From Actinomycetota bacterium (lineage in GTDB: Bacteria; Actinomycetota; Actinomycetes; S36-B12; UBA5976), in assembly GCA_009923495.1 (NCBI GenBank), contig RFTJ01000001.1, forward strand, positions 12,879-76,878: a DNA stretch of 64,000 bases, written 5' to 3'. Shown piece after piece: positions 1-9,761 of the stretch. The position numbers and the translations under genes were made by a program. The notes under the pieces were generated by a model. The model was not told the DNA's origin and did not search any database. It saw only the letters and a program-made list of their open reading frames with translations. Position 1 is the first letter of the stretch; each line of letters starts with the position of its first letter.

Positions 1-1351
1 AAAAGTCGGCTATTACTGGCTTCGACTGTGGAGCTGTGGAAAATTCGACCTCTACAGTGGTATCTGAAGTCATCATGAATGTACAGGTTGGTGAGATTCC
101 GCAAGCAGGTATTGACCAACCAGCAATGTGACTACCCTTATCCGGAAGTGCAGTCAAAGTCACGCTTGCTCCGGCAGGAAACGCTCCGCTGCAAAGATCG
201 CCACAACCGATGCCATTGCCATCAGTAACGATGCCCGTTCCGTCGCCAAATTTGGTTACAGCGAGAATGGGAGTTTGGATTCCAACTAGGGCTAAGTTGG
301 CAGCAACCATCTGTGCCCCCTGATAAGCACCGAGATCAGCATTTGGAGCCGGCAATTGCGCACCGGAGCAAGTGAGTTTGAATGGGTCCTCATCGCAAAG
401 CGGCAAGGCTTCATGATTTCCACCATCTGTGTCATCGTATGCACCTGTGTAATCGAAGAACTCGTAGCGCCGGGTTACTGACTCAGCACCTGCACCAACT
501 GGAGCCTCGCTGACAAATTCATTGTCGGGTTGTATGGCCAGCGGAGTTCCATCTTCAGCACAGGTTGGTCGAGCCTGAATGAACTTCCACTCGGTTTCAA
601 CCTCAGCTGGCTCTTGTGGAACATTCGGATTGTCTGTGAGCAATGCGCCAAGTTGGGCTGGAGCATGTGATTCGGTCTTATAGATCTTCATCCACTTTGC
701 CGGTCCCCATAATGCGCAGTCAGGCTTGGCGGGCAAAGCAGGCACAGGAACTTGGACTGGTGCTGGCAGGGCAGCTACCACATTTCCTGCATTGTTCATA
801 CTCCAAACTGGGGCTGGAATGGCCACTGGACTATCCGCGGTAACTAGCTGTCCCGAGCTGGTTCCATCATCAACAAGCCAGTGATAGACGACATTGGTCG
901 GGTTAGTTACGGTACCTAAGCCGAAGTGTTCACATCCACTTGCATCGTATAACTGAGCCGTCGCACCTGCTGGGCCGCCCAAGTAACAGGAGTGACCATC
1001 AGTCGCCGTTGGATTTGTTGGAGCCATAGCTGTTGTATTTGCATAGCCCTTAACAGGATCATATTGAGATATCCAACGCACTTTTACTCCACTGACACCG
1101 TTGGCGCTGAAATCAGTAACTGTTGGGGTGCCATAGCGGTTGTAAGGAGCGCCAAAAAAATATTGCACATCGGCCGATGAAACTCCATCGAGTTCTATCT
1201 CAAAACCATGAGATTCTTTGCCGGTGTCATTGAAAGTATCAAAATTGCTTAGTGCACCATTTATGTTTGCTTGAACGGCCTGGACAGGAGCGCCCTGAAA
1301 ACCAACCAGCAAAAGAGTAGTCGCAAATACATACTTAATAATCGATTTCAT
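1..1351 (-). CDS. Secreted protein, partial (C-terminus lies beyond the left edge); N-terminal signal peptide; distal divergent InlB B-repeat-like module
   Basis: Absent from the ORF track because it runs off the edge. Hand translation of the minus strand from ATG 1351..1349 gives MKSIIKYVFATTLLLVGFQGAPVQAVQANINGALSNFDTF..., open without a stop down to position 2 (450 codons). The n-h-c signal peptide has an AVQA cleavage motif. The last ~65 aa in the window (GIVTDGNGIGCGDLCSGAFPAGASVTLTALPDKGSHIAGWSIPACGISPTCTFMMTSDTTVEVEF) fit the G.V...C-G..C....G..VTLTA.P..G..GW...C.....C.F.M pattern of divergent InlB B-repeat domains. Confidence 0.75.
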   Translation of the reverse strand, partial: MKSIIKYVFATTLLLVGFQGAPVQAVQANINGALSNFDTFNDTGKESHGFEIELDGVSSADVQYFFGAPYNRYGTPTVTDFSANGVSGVKVRWISQYDPVKGYANTTAMAPTNPTATDGHSCYLGGPAGATAQLYDASGCEHFGLGTVTNPTNVVYHWLVDDGTSSGQLVTADSPVAIPAPVWSMNNAGNVVAALPAPVQVPVPALPAKPDCALWGPAKWMKIYKTESHAPAQLGALLTDNPNVPQEPAEVETEWKFIQARPTCAEDGTPLAIQPDNEFVSEAPVGAGAESVTRRYEFFDYTGAYDDTDGGNHEALPLCDEDPFKLTCSGAQLPAPNADLGAYQGAQMVAANLALVGIQTPILAVTKFGDGTGIVTDGNGIGCGDLCSGAFPAGASVTLTALPDKGSHIAGWSIPACGISPTCTFMMTSDTTVEVEFSTAPQSKPVIADF

Positions 1352-1582
1352 CTAGATTCCTCATCCGCGTAATAATTGGATGCTAGTCCCCTGAAGTTGA
1401 GCAAAATGCGCACTTTGACGCACCTGTGATAACTCTTGGAATAAATTTGGAAATATATTTTCTTAACAAATTTCCTTTGTATCCCTTGCGCTAGCACCGC
1501 ACTAGCAGGGCCAGACCGGCTTTAAAGTAAAGTTTGATTTGCTAAATATTTCTAAGTTCCGCAAATAATCTGGAGTACAAGG

Positions 1583-2485
1583 ATGACCGTCGTAGAGACA
1601 AACTGGCTTAAATCACCAGGGCCACACAAACTAAGTGGCAAGCAATGGGGTGGCATTTTTGCCGCAAGTATCATCTTTGTTGGATTGTGGCTGGCGGCCT
1701 TGAGCACCTACTCAGATCAGCCCAAGGGTTTAACCGCAGCTCCAATCGCTGGCAGCGAAGGTCTCCAGATAACCACCCGAGCGAGCACTTTTAACAGCAC
1801 TACTGAAGACCTGGGAGTTTTACTTTACCTCCGTGCGATAGGCGGACTCACAGATAGTCGCGGACTGCTATTGGATAACATTTCAATTCGAATTGTTGAT
1901 GATGAAAATACGCAGGTAATCCGGCTAGTTAAGGGCGACCCAATCAGTTCGAAGTCAATTAGTTTGCAACTAGAAGGTGACATTTCGGCCTACCCCTTTG
2001 ATAAATACTCAGGTCAATTCGCAATTGATGTTCAGAAAGTAGCAGCAAACGGTGTCTCCCAGCCCCTGGAGATTTCAGTAGGAACTAAGCGAGCAGAAAC
2101 CGGCTGGTACACACCATTTGAAATCTCGAAAATTGCAAGTAATGAAGCAAGGGTTTCAATTTCATCTATGCACCGCGAACGCTTCCACATAATGTTTGCA
2201 ATCATGATGACATTATTGTTGCTTTTGCTGGCAACTATTTCGGTGGTGGTTGGATTTTTGTGTATTACTAATCGCCGCGCCAGTGAACCGAGCCTGATCA
2301 GTTGGCTTGGCGGCATCATGATTGCGATGACATTGACCAGAAGGCTAATGCCAGGCGATCCACCTCTTGGCTGCGCTTTGGATGTTCAGCTCTTTTCCTG
2401 GGCGCTAATTTTCGGCATTTCTGCAATTGCACTAGCGATGGTGTCGTGGATTCGGCAAAGTCGAGCAAAACTTCTAGAGGATTAA
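1583..2485 (+). CDS. Hypothetical membrane protein (N-terminal TM, extracytoplasmic domain, C-terminal TM bundle)
   Basis: 300-aa ORF with GGAG 8 nt upstream of the ATG. Hydrophobic stretches are GGIFAASIIFVGLWLAALS and, at the C-terminus, IMFAIMMTLLLLLLATISVVVGFLCI, ISWLGGIMIAMTL and LFSWALIFGISAIALAMV. I could not assign a family motif. Confidence 0.6.
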   Translation: MTVVETNWLKSPGPHKLSGKQWGGIFAASIIFVGLWLAALSTYSDQPKGLTAAPIAGSEGLQITTRASTFNSTTEDLGVLLYLRAIGGLTDSRGLLLDNISIRIVDDENTQVIRLVKGDPISSKSISLQLEGDISAYPFDKYSGQFAIDVQKVAANGVSQPLEISVGTKRAETGWYTPFEISKIASNEARVSISSMHRERFHIMFAIMMTLLLLLLATISVVVGFLCITNRRASEPSLISWLGGIMIAMTLTRRLMPGDPPLGCALDVQLFSWALIFGISAIALAMVSWIRQSRAKLLED

Positions 2486-2516
2486 CCTCTCTAATTCTTG
2501 GTTACTTCATTCTCGA

Positions 2517-2777
2517 TTAGATACTGAGCAGTTCTAATTCGCGCAATTTATCAAGCATCGCTGGATTTGATGGTTCCACCAAAAAACTGCCATCAGGGAA
2601 AATAACTACAGGAATGGATTTGACGCCAGCAACTTGTAACGCCTGCTCCCGCAATGCTTCGTCATGTTCAACATCGAGATACTCAAACTCGATTCCCAAT
2701 TCAGACAGCTGTCGCTTAGATCTGATGCAATCTGCGCACCAGTCGGCTCCGTACATTTGGATAACATTTTGTGACAT
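2517..2777 (-). CDS. Glutaredoxin/NrdH/mycoredoxin-like small thiol-disulfide oxidoreductase
   Basis: The track ORF is 2517..2912. The internal ATG at 2777 is preceded by AAGGAG (rc of ctccttg) at good spacing and yields 86 aa: MSQNVIQMYGADWCADCIRSKRQL... This has the CxxC motif (WCADC) and a cis-Pro region (IPVVIFPDG) typical of the glutaredoxin fold. Confidence 0.75.
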   Translation of the reverse strand: MSQNVIQMYGADWCADCIRSKRQLSELGIEFEYLDVEHDEALREQALQVAGVKSIPVVIFPDGSFLVEPSNPAMLDKLRELELLSI

Positions 2778-3077
2778 TAAGACTCCTTGCAACGGGCTTT
2801 TGCTGCTGAGCCTACACGGATAAATTTGTCGGCATTTGATGGCAGGTTCAAGATACTTGCAAAAGTTGAGTCGCACAGGCGGAATTGGAAAGAGCGGTGG
2901 GAATTTCCCCAAACCAATGAAGTTTTATTGGTACTTCCAAAGATAACAGATCCGTTATTTCCTTAGAGAATAGTAAAGATTTAGCCAAATAAGTGCTGCA
3001 AAACTTCTAGGAACAAATTCGCTTGTATGGTTTAGTTAAAGAGGTCTAGCCTCTTCAAATCTGTGCGGAGTAATCGT

Positions 3078-5162
3078 ATGAAAAAGCGAGTAATTGGCTT
3101 ACTAATAAGCGTCGCCTTGCTGGCCACGGGAGCGGTAATTGGCAATGCGGAAGCTGCTCCTGCTCCGACAAAGAGCGAAATGATTTACTTTGTAATGCTT
3201 GACCGTTTTGCCAATGGCAATACGAGCAATGATCGAGGCACTGCACCTACTACATCTTCAGCTAGCCAGAGCGGATTTCTGCCAACAGATTCAGGCTACT
3301 ATCACGGCGGCGACATCAAAGGATTAAACAATCAAATTCCATACATAAAAGGTTTGGGCTTCACTGCAATCTGGGTCACCCCAATAGTTCGCCAGAACAC
3401 CGTGCAGGGCGGAAGTTCCGCCTACCACGGTTACTGGGGCTTGGGCTTTGATCAAGTAGATGCCCATCTAGGCTCGCTGCAGGATTGGAAAGATTTTGTA
3501 AATGCTGCCCACGCAAATGGCCTCAAAGTAATCCTAGATATCGTGGTTAACCATACTGGCGACATCATTAAATACGGCACTGGAAATTATTCATACGAAT
3601 CTTCTGCAACTGCTCCGTATAAGACTTCGACCGGTGTGATTTTCAATCCCACGACAGTTGCTGGCTTGAATACTTTTCCAACCTTGAGCCCAACGGTCTC
3701 CTTCACCAAGAAGCCGTATGTTGATTCTGGTCAAACAAGTGCCAAGAGCCCGTCATGGTTAAACAATGTGGTCAACTATCACAACCGCGGTGACTCTACT
3801 TGGAGCGGTGAATCAGTTCAGTGGGGCGATTTCTACGGATTAGACGACTTGTTCACTGAGTCACCAACGGTTGTAAATGGCTGGATTTCGGTTTACCAAA
3901 ACTGGATTTCCAGCACCGGTGTAGATGGATTCCGCATTGATACGGCAAAGCATGTGAACGAGGCATTTTGGCGATCATTCTTGCCTGCAATGCGCGCCAC
4001 GGCAGCCGCCAATGGGAATTCTAGTTTCCCAATGTGGGGCGAAGTTTATGACGGCAATCCATTGAACACCTCCTATTGGATTAAGAATGCAGGCTGGAAC
4101 GAAGTTCTTGACTTCCCTTTCCAAGGTAAAGCTCTAGATTTCATTCGAAACAAGAATTCGAGTGCGATGAGTTCACTGCTAAATGATGACGACCTTTATG
4201 TCACTGCGAATTCAGGACCCGACAATTTAGGAACTTTCCTTGGCAATCATGACATGGGTCGAATTGGCTCATTTATCGCACAAGGAATTACCAGTACAAC
4301 AACCATGCTTTCACAAGATAAGTTGATTCATGCACTTATGTTCGGCATTCGTGGCAATCCCATCGTCTACTACGGTGACGAGTTTGGGCTTCGTGGTGGC
4401 AACGATAAAGCAGCTCGTCAAGACCTTTTTGCAACGCAGGTTTCCGCTTGGCGTACTGAACCAAGAATTGGTGGCACAGCAATTGGTACTAAGAGCAGCT
4501 TTGAAACCACAAACCCATTGCAAACCACTTTGCGCTCACTAACTTCGCTTCGAGCAAACAACCCAGCGTTCTCAACGGGTCCGCAGGTGGTTCGAATTGC
4601 TGATGCCGGATTATTAATAATCAGCAGCCTCGATCCAAGCACCAACATTGAACACATAGCGATGTTTAACACCAACCCAACTACTGCAACTGCAACTGCA
4701 GTCACCTCAACTTCAGGGGCAAAGTGGCAGTTGCTCACTGGAACGGGCACGGTGACTTCGGCACTCAAGGTTGCGACGATGAAACCAACGGGCTACGGCT
4801 ATGGATTCTTCAAGTCTTCGATCCCAGTTCCCACCCCATCGAGTATTTCCGTTGCGATGAACGTGCCAACGAGTTACTCAGCGGATTCGTCATTGATTGG
4901 ACTTTCCGCAAGGGTGACTGGCTGTGAATACAACACTGTTGAATTTTTTGTGCAATCATCTCCTAACGGCACTTGGCAATCGCTGGGTAGTGATGACACC
5001 CCAACGACATCGAATTCACAAGGTATCGCTTCGGGGCTTTACCGCGCGATGCCGCTGAAATCTCAGTTCGCCAAAGGCGCTACTTTGAATTTCCGAGCTG
5101 TAGTAACAGGTGTTGGTGGAGTTACTGCGACATCGCCAGTCGTTACTTTTGTGAACAATTAA
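3078..5162 (+). CDS. Secreted alpha-amylase family glycoside hydrolase (GH13) with C-terminal beta-rich extension
   Basis: All four GH13 conserved regions are readable: DIVVNHTG, GFRIDTAKHV, GEVYD, FLGNHD. Signal peptide is MKKRVIGLLISVALLATGAVIGNAEA. I prefer the ATG at 3078 (GGAG 7 nt upstream) over the GTG at 3063. Confidence 0.9.
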   Translation: MKKRVIGLLISVALLATGAVIGNAEAAPAPTKSEMIYFVMLDRFANGNTSNDRGTAPTTSSASQSGFLPTDSGYYHGGDIKGLNNQIPYIKGLGFTAIWVTPIVRQNTVQGGSSAYHGYWGLGFDQVDAHLGSLQDWKDFVNAAHANGLKVILDIVVNHTGDIIKYGTGNYSYESSATAPYKTSTGVIFNPTTVAGLNTFPTLSPTVSFTKKPYVDSGQTSAKSPSWLNNVVNYHNRGDSTWSGESVQWGDFYGLDDLFTESPTVVNGWISVYQNWISSTGVDGFRIDTAKHVNEAFWRSFLPAMRATAAANGNSSFPMWGEVYDGNPLNTSYWIKNAGWNEVLDFPFQGKALDFIRNKNSSAMSSLLNDDDLYVTANSGPDNLGTFLGNHDMGRIGSFIAQGITSTTTMLSQDKLIHALMFGIRGNPIVYYGDEFGLRGGNDKAARQDLFATQVSAWRTEPRIGGTAIGTKSSFETTNPLQTTLRSLTSLRANNPAFSTGPQVVRIADAGLLIISSLDPSTNIEHIAMFNTNPTTATATAVTSTSGAKWQLLTGTGTVTSALKVATMKPTGYGYGFFKSSIPVPTPSSISVAMNVPTSYSADSSLIGLSARVTGCEYNTVEFFVQSSPNGTWQSLGSDDTPTTSNSQGIASGLYRAMPLKSQFAKGATLNFRAVVTGVGGVTATSPVVTFVNN

Positions 5163-5221
5163 CCGAATCTAGAATTGGTGCTTGGCGTGCTAGTCGCATG
5201 GAAGTCTGACACACTTGTGCC

Positions 5222-6094
5222 ATGCGACAGGACTTCATAACTACCGACCAAGGTTTTCGCCTTGACTACTTTGATTCAGAAACCGGATCAGACCTACTTA
5301 TCTATCACCATGGGACGCCAGCTGCTGGTCCGATAGATGCTGACTTACTGAAGGCAGCACTTGAAAACGATCTTCGAGTGATTGAGCTAGTTAGACCTGG
5401 GTACGGTCAATCGACCAGGGTTCCGGGCCGATCAGTTGCTGACATTTCGCAGTTGGCTGCCCAGCTAGCCGATCATTTTGGCTTCGACCGATTTGTAACT
5501 CTTGGCTGGTCAGGTGGTGGCCCTCACGCACTTGCCACGGTGGCCCTGCAACCGAGTCGTTGTGTTGCAGGCCTGAGTTTGGCCGGCGTCGGAGCGTATG
5601 GTCAGAATGACCTAGATTTTCTTGCGGGAATGGGACAAGACAATATTGAAGAATTTGGTGCCAGTGCGGCCGGTGAAGAAGTATTGCGCTCCATGTTAAC
5701 CGAAATGGGAATTGCCATGAAAGACATCACTGGCGCCCAAATTGTGGACATGATGAGCTCATTATTACCTGCAGTGGATCAAGCAGTGCTAACGGGTGAA
5801 CTTGGCGAAGAAACAGCTGCCATTTTCCGGTGGGCGGTTTCAACTGGCATAGATGGCTGGCTTGATGATGATCTTGCATTCATCCAAGATTGGGGTTTTG
5901 ACTTGGCTAGCATTCAAAATCCCGTAGCGCTTTGGCAAGGCAGTGAAGACTTGATGGTTCCATTTGCCCATGGCAAGTGGCTGGCGACGAAAATTCCAAG
6001 TGCACAATCTTTCCTACTTGAAGGTGAGGGTCACCTATCAATCGGAAAACGGGCTTTTGCCGAAGGTTTGCCGTGGCTGAAGCACAAATTGTAG
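5222..6094 (+). CDS. Alpha/beta-fold hydrolase
   Basis: 290 aa with nucleophile-elbow motif GWSGGG, an HG-type oxyanion region (IYHHGTPAAG) and a C-terminal EGEGH catalytic His region. Confidence 0.75.
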   Translation: MRQDFITTDQGFRLDYFDSETGSDLLIYHHGTPAAGPIDADLLKAALENDLRVIELVRPGYGQSTRVPGRSVADISQLAAQLADHFGFDRFVTLGWSGGGPHALATVALQPSRCVAGLSLAGVGAYGQNDLDFLAGMGQDNIEEFGASAAGEEVLRSMLTEMGIAMKDITGAQIVDMMSSLLPAVDQAVLTGELGEETAAIFRWAVSTGIDGWLDDDLAFIQDWGFDLASIQNPVALWQGSEDLMVPFAHGKWLATKIPSAQSFLLEGEGHLSIGKRAFAEGLPWLKHKL

Positions 6095-6180
6095 TAATTG
6101 TAAAACCATAAGGTTGCGTTTTCATCCGATTTTTGCGGATCTGAAGTGACGAAGTCTTGATTCAGTAGGGTTAAGGTGTC

Positions 6181-7104
6181 ATGAATATTTCACTGAAAAA
6201 TCGTAAGGCAGAGTCAGAGCTTAGCCAAGGTTTAACTTACGGAATTCTGGCTTACTTTATTTGGGGCGTTGTGCCGATTTACTGGCCGCACCTCCAGCCC
6301 GCCACACCACTAGAAATATTGGCTCATCGGATTGTGTGGAGTCTGCTTTTTTTGGCAATACTTTGTCGCAGAAAAATTCCAAAAATAAAAGCGATTTTTC
6401 AAGATTCTAGGACCGCAAAATTGCTTGTGTTGGCATCTTGTTTGATTTCTGTTAACTGGGGACTATTTATTTGGGCTAGCGTAACCAAACATCTTCTAGA
6501 TTCGTCACTGGGATACTTCATAACTCCGTTGTTAAGCGTTGGTCTCGGTGTATTTTTCCTAAAAGAGCGACTGCGCAATCTCCAATGGGTAGCAATTGCT
6601 ATCGCTGCCAGTGCGGTGATCTACTTAACCGTTTCGGTTGGCGCTCCTCCGTGGTTAGCGTTAGCTCTGGCATTCTCTTTCGGCATTTATGGATATGTGA
6701 AGAAGTTGGCGAATGTTCCGGCCATTGAAAGTCTTGCAATAGAGACCTTGATTCTTGCCCCCGTCGCGCTGAGCTATTTGGTCTGGCTCGAAGTTACCGG
6801 CTCCGGAACTTTTGGTCATCGCGGTCTAAGTCACACAGTTTGGCTGGCGACCTCAGGAATAGTTACGGCTGTCCCACTTATGTTGTTCGGGGCGGCCACG
6901 ATTCGAGTTCCACTGAGCACTATGGGAATGTTGCAATACCTCGGGCCAAGTTTGCAGTACTTAATAGGACTTCAGGTATTCCACGAAGCGATGCCAGACT
7001 CACGATTTGTGAGCTTTGTCGTGACTTGGTTAGCGATTGCAATTTTTACTTTTGATGCAATACAAAATCGGCGAATACAAGCCCAGTTCACTGAGCAACA
7101 CTAG
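6181..7104 (+). CDS. rarD: EamA/DMT-family transporter, RarD-like
   Basis: 307 aa with about 10 TM segments. The N-terminal LSQGLTYGILAYFIWGVVPIYW matches the RarD signature region as I remember it. Confidence 0.7.
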   Translation: MNISLKNRKAESELSQGLTYGILAYFIWGVVPIYWPHLQPATPLEILAHRIVWSLLFLAILCRRKIPKIKAIFQDSRTAKLLVLASCLISVNWGLFIWASVTKHLLDSSLGYFITPLLSVGLGVFFLKERLRNLQWVAIAIAASAVIYLTVSVGAPPWLALALAFSFGIYGYVKKLANVPAIESLAIETLILAPVALSYLVWLEVTGSGTFGHRGLSHTVWLATSGIVTAVPLMLFGAATIRVPLSTMGMLQYLGPSLQYLIGLQVFHEAMPDSRFVSFVVTWLAIAIFTFDAIQNRRIQAQFTEQH

Positions 7105-7128
7105 GGCAACTTCTCTAGACTTAGAATC

Positions 7129-8064
7129 ATGCCTGAACATGAGTCACAAATGATTGTGGCCAAAAATCTGACCAAAATTTACGGGGACTTTACTGCAGTC
7201 AACGGTATCGATTTTTCGGTGGCAAAGGGTGAATCATTCGGCCTGCTTGGACCCAATGGTGCTGGCAAATCCACAACGATGCGGATGATAACCGCTACCT
7301 TGCAGCGTAGCGCTGGTGAGTTATCAATCTTGGGCAAAGATCCAGAAAAAGCCGGTCCTGAAATCAGAGCTCACCTGGGCGTTGTCCCGCAAGCAGATAA
7401 TCTTGACACCGAACTTAAGGTTTTTGAGAATCTGTATATTTATGGCCGCTATTTCGGCCTAACCAAAAAATACTTAACACCGAAAATTGAAGAGTTAATT
7501 GCATTCGCCCAATTAGAAGAAAAGCGAAACGCAAAAGTTGAGCAGCTCAGCGGTGGAATGAAGCGCAGATTAACCATTGCTAGAGCACTCGTAAACGAGC
7601 CCGAGATTCTGTTGCTAGATGAACCGACAACTGGCTTAGACCCGCAAGCAAGGCACGTACTTTGGGATCGCTTATTCCGACTCAAGGAACAAGGTGTCAC
7701 TCTTGTCATCACGACTCACTACATGGATGAAGCAGAGCAGCTGTGTGATCGACTGATTGTGATGGATGAGGGCAAGATTATGGCTGAAGGTTCGCCTGCA
7801 AGTCTGATTTCCCAGCATTCGAGCCCGGAAGTAGTTGAAGTTCGATTTGGTTCAAATAGAAATGCTGAAGTTGCCAACCAAATATCTAATTTGGGTGACC
7901 GAATGGATGTGCTCCCTGATCGCATATTGATTTACGCCCAAGATGGTGAAGCCGTGTTAGCTCAGATAATTGCGGCCGGTCATCACCCGCTCACATCACT
8001 AGTTCGCCGCAGCAGCCTTGAAGACGTCTTCCTTCGTTTAACCGGCCGCACTTTGGTGGACTAA
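7129..8064 (+). CDS. ABC transporter ATP-binding protein (ABC-2/DrrA-like exporter ATPase)
   Basis: Walker A GPNGAGKST, signature LSGGMKRRL, Walker B LLLDEPTTGLD, H-loop TTHYMDEA. Confidence 0.9.
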   Translation: MPEHESQMIVAKNLTKIYGDFTAVNGIDFSVAKGESFGLLGPNGAGKSTTMRMITATLQRSAGELSILGKDPEKAGPEIRAHLGVVPQADNLDTELKVFENLYIYGRYFGLTKKYLTPKIEELIAFAQLEEKRNAKVEQLSGGMKRRLTIARALVNEPEILLLDEPTTGLDPQARHVLWDRLFRLKEQGVTLVITTHYMDEAEQLCDRLIVMDEGKIMAEGSPASLISQHSSPEVVEVRFGSNRNAEVANQISNLGDRMDVLPDRILIYAQDGEAVLAQIIAAGHHPLTSLVRRSSLEDVFLRLTGRTLVD

Positions 8065-8900
8065 TGAAAAATCAGACTTGGCGTGGTGCCAGCGTTGTTG
8101 TGGACGCAAATAAAGTTTCGCGATTCGGAGCGTTGTACGCAGCCGAGTATCGAATCAGAAACATGCTCAAATGGTGGCAAGCGATTCTGGCTTTTGACAT
8201 CGGCAATCCGGTGCTTTTCCTTACCTCAATCGGGATCGGGGTGGGTTCACTTGTCGATAAACATACTGCTGGCTCAGGACCCGATGGCGTCAAGTATCTG
8301 ACCTTTCTAGCACCGGCCCTTTTAGCCACCGCAGCAATTCAAAGCACAATGGAAGAGGTAACTTTTCCGGTAATGCATGGATTTGAATGGCGCAAAATCT
8401 TTCATGGAATGTATGCGGCTGGACTGACTGGCAAGCAGATCGCCCAAGGAGTGCTAATTTCGGCAATCACCAAGGGCACATTCGCGGTAATAATTTACTG
8501 GGTTGTACTTTGGATTTTTCATGCATTTGATAGTTTGCGCTCACTTTGGCTAATCCCTATTCAGATCTATTTCGGGGCTTGTTTCGGCTGTATCATCATG
8601 GCCGTCGCAGCTTATGTTAAAAAAGATGACAACTGGTTTGCGATGTTAAATCGCTTCGTGGTTGCGCCAATGTTTTTGTTCTCGGGAACTTTTTATGCTC
8701 TTTCCACTTTGCCTTTGACCGTACGCTGGGTTGGTTGGATTTCTCCACTGTGGCATGCAACGGAAGTCGGTCGTTATTTTGCCTATCGCTCTGAGATGCC
8801 TTTGCAAATGCTGCTAGTTCATTTCGGTTACCTAACATTTCTGGGGCTGATTGGCCTTTTCATTGCTCATCGGAAATTTGCCCAAAGGCTGGCCCAATGA
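8064..8900 (+). CDS. ABC-2 type transporter permease (first of two)
   Basis: 278 aa and polytopic. Its start overlaps the ATPase stop (TAATG). The six-TM layout is typical of ABC-2 permeases. Confidence 0.8.
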   Translation: MKNQTWRGASVVVDANKVSRFGALYAAEYRIRNMLKWWQAILAFDIGNPVLFLTSIGIGVGSLVDKHTAGSGPDGVKYLTFLAPALLATAAIQSTMEEVTFPVMHGFEWRKIFHGMYAAGLTGKQIAQGVLISAITKGTFAVIIYWVVLWIFHAFDSLRSLWLIPIQIYFGACFGCIIMAVAAYVKKDDNWFAMLNRFVVAPMFLFSGTFYALSTLPLTVRWVGWISPLWHATEVGRYFAYRSEMPLQMLLVHFGYLTFLGLIGLFIAHRKFAQRLAQ

Positions 8901-9742
8901 CATACAGTGCCAACATAAAAAATGCTGCCGTTATCCTCGCTGAGCAGAGAAGCCGAAAATCTTGGGCGAATGTTTATGCAGGGCGGGCTCGAGTACTACT
9001 TGAACGCAGTTTCAGAGTTGTCAAAAGTTCAACCTGGCCTGTGGTCTTATCTGGCTTCATTGAACCCGTTTTCTATCTGGCAGCATTTGGCTATGGGGTG
9101 GGTCCACTAATTGGTGATCTAAATGACGGTTTCGGTCACATGGTTTCCTACCCCACTTATGTTGCTCCGGCGCTGCTGGCAACCAGTGCCATGAACGGTG
9201 CTTTCTATGATTCGACATGGAATGTATTTTTCAAGATGCATTTTGGAAAAACATATCAAGCCATGATGGCCACATCAATTGGCCCGTTAGATGTTGCATT
9301 GGGTGAAATTAGCTGGGCGCTTATCCGTGGTCTTGCCTACGCCATTGGATTTATGGTCATCGTTAGCTGCGCCGGCTTGGTGGTCAGTCCCTGGGCCATA
9401 TTGGCCATCCCAGCGGCTGTATTAATAGCCTTTGGGTTCGCTGCGGTTGGCATGGCAATTACGTCCTATCTGAAGTCATTTCAGCAAATGGACTGGGTCA
9501 CCTTCTGGCTCCTGCCAATGTTTCTTTTTTCTGGCACGTTTTATCCAGTTTCTGTTTACCCAGACTGGCTAACGCACATAGTTCGGGCACTGCCACTTTG
9601 GCAAGCAGCAGATTTAGTTCGAGGTTTAATGCTTGGGAATGTATCAATGGTGCTGGTTTGGCATGTGCTCTATTTCGCAGCCATGATTGCGATTGGTCTT
9701 ACCATGACAACAAAGCGCCTAACCAGTTTATTTATGCGTTAA
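8897..9742 (+). CDS. ABC-2 type transporter permease (second of two)
   Basis: 281 aa with a 4-nt overlap with the preceding permease. It looks paralogous to it: both carry LLPMFLFSGTFYP / VAPMFLFSGTFYA and PLWQA / PLWHA motifs. Confidence 0.8.
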   Translation: MTYSANIKNAAVILAEQRSRKSWANVYAGRARVLLERSFRVVKSSTWPVVLSGFIEPVFYLAAFGYGVGPLIGDLNDGFGHMVSYPTYVAPALLATSAMNGAFYDSTWNVFFKMHFGKTYQAMMATSIGPLDVALGEISWALIRGLAYAIGFMVIVSCAGLVVSPWAILAIPAAVLIAFGFAAVGMAITSYLKSFQQMDWVTFWLLPMFLFSGTFYPVSVYPDWLTHIVRALPLWQAADLVRGLMLGNVSMVLVWHVLYFAAMIAIGLTMTTKRLTSLFMR

Positions 9743-9761
9743 CTAAGTTGGGCGCGGCCAG

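Noticed and set aside
2778-2912. The track gives a 45-aa N-terminal extension of the glutaredoxin-like ORF (2517..2912).
   Set aside because: The extension (MGKFPPLFPIPPVRLNFCKY…) is not glutaredoxin-like. The internal ATG at 2777 has a strong AAGGAG SD and gives a normal 86-aa protein.
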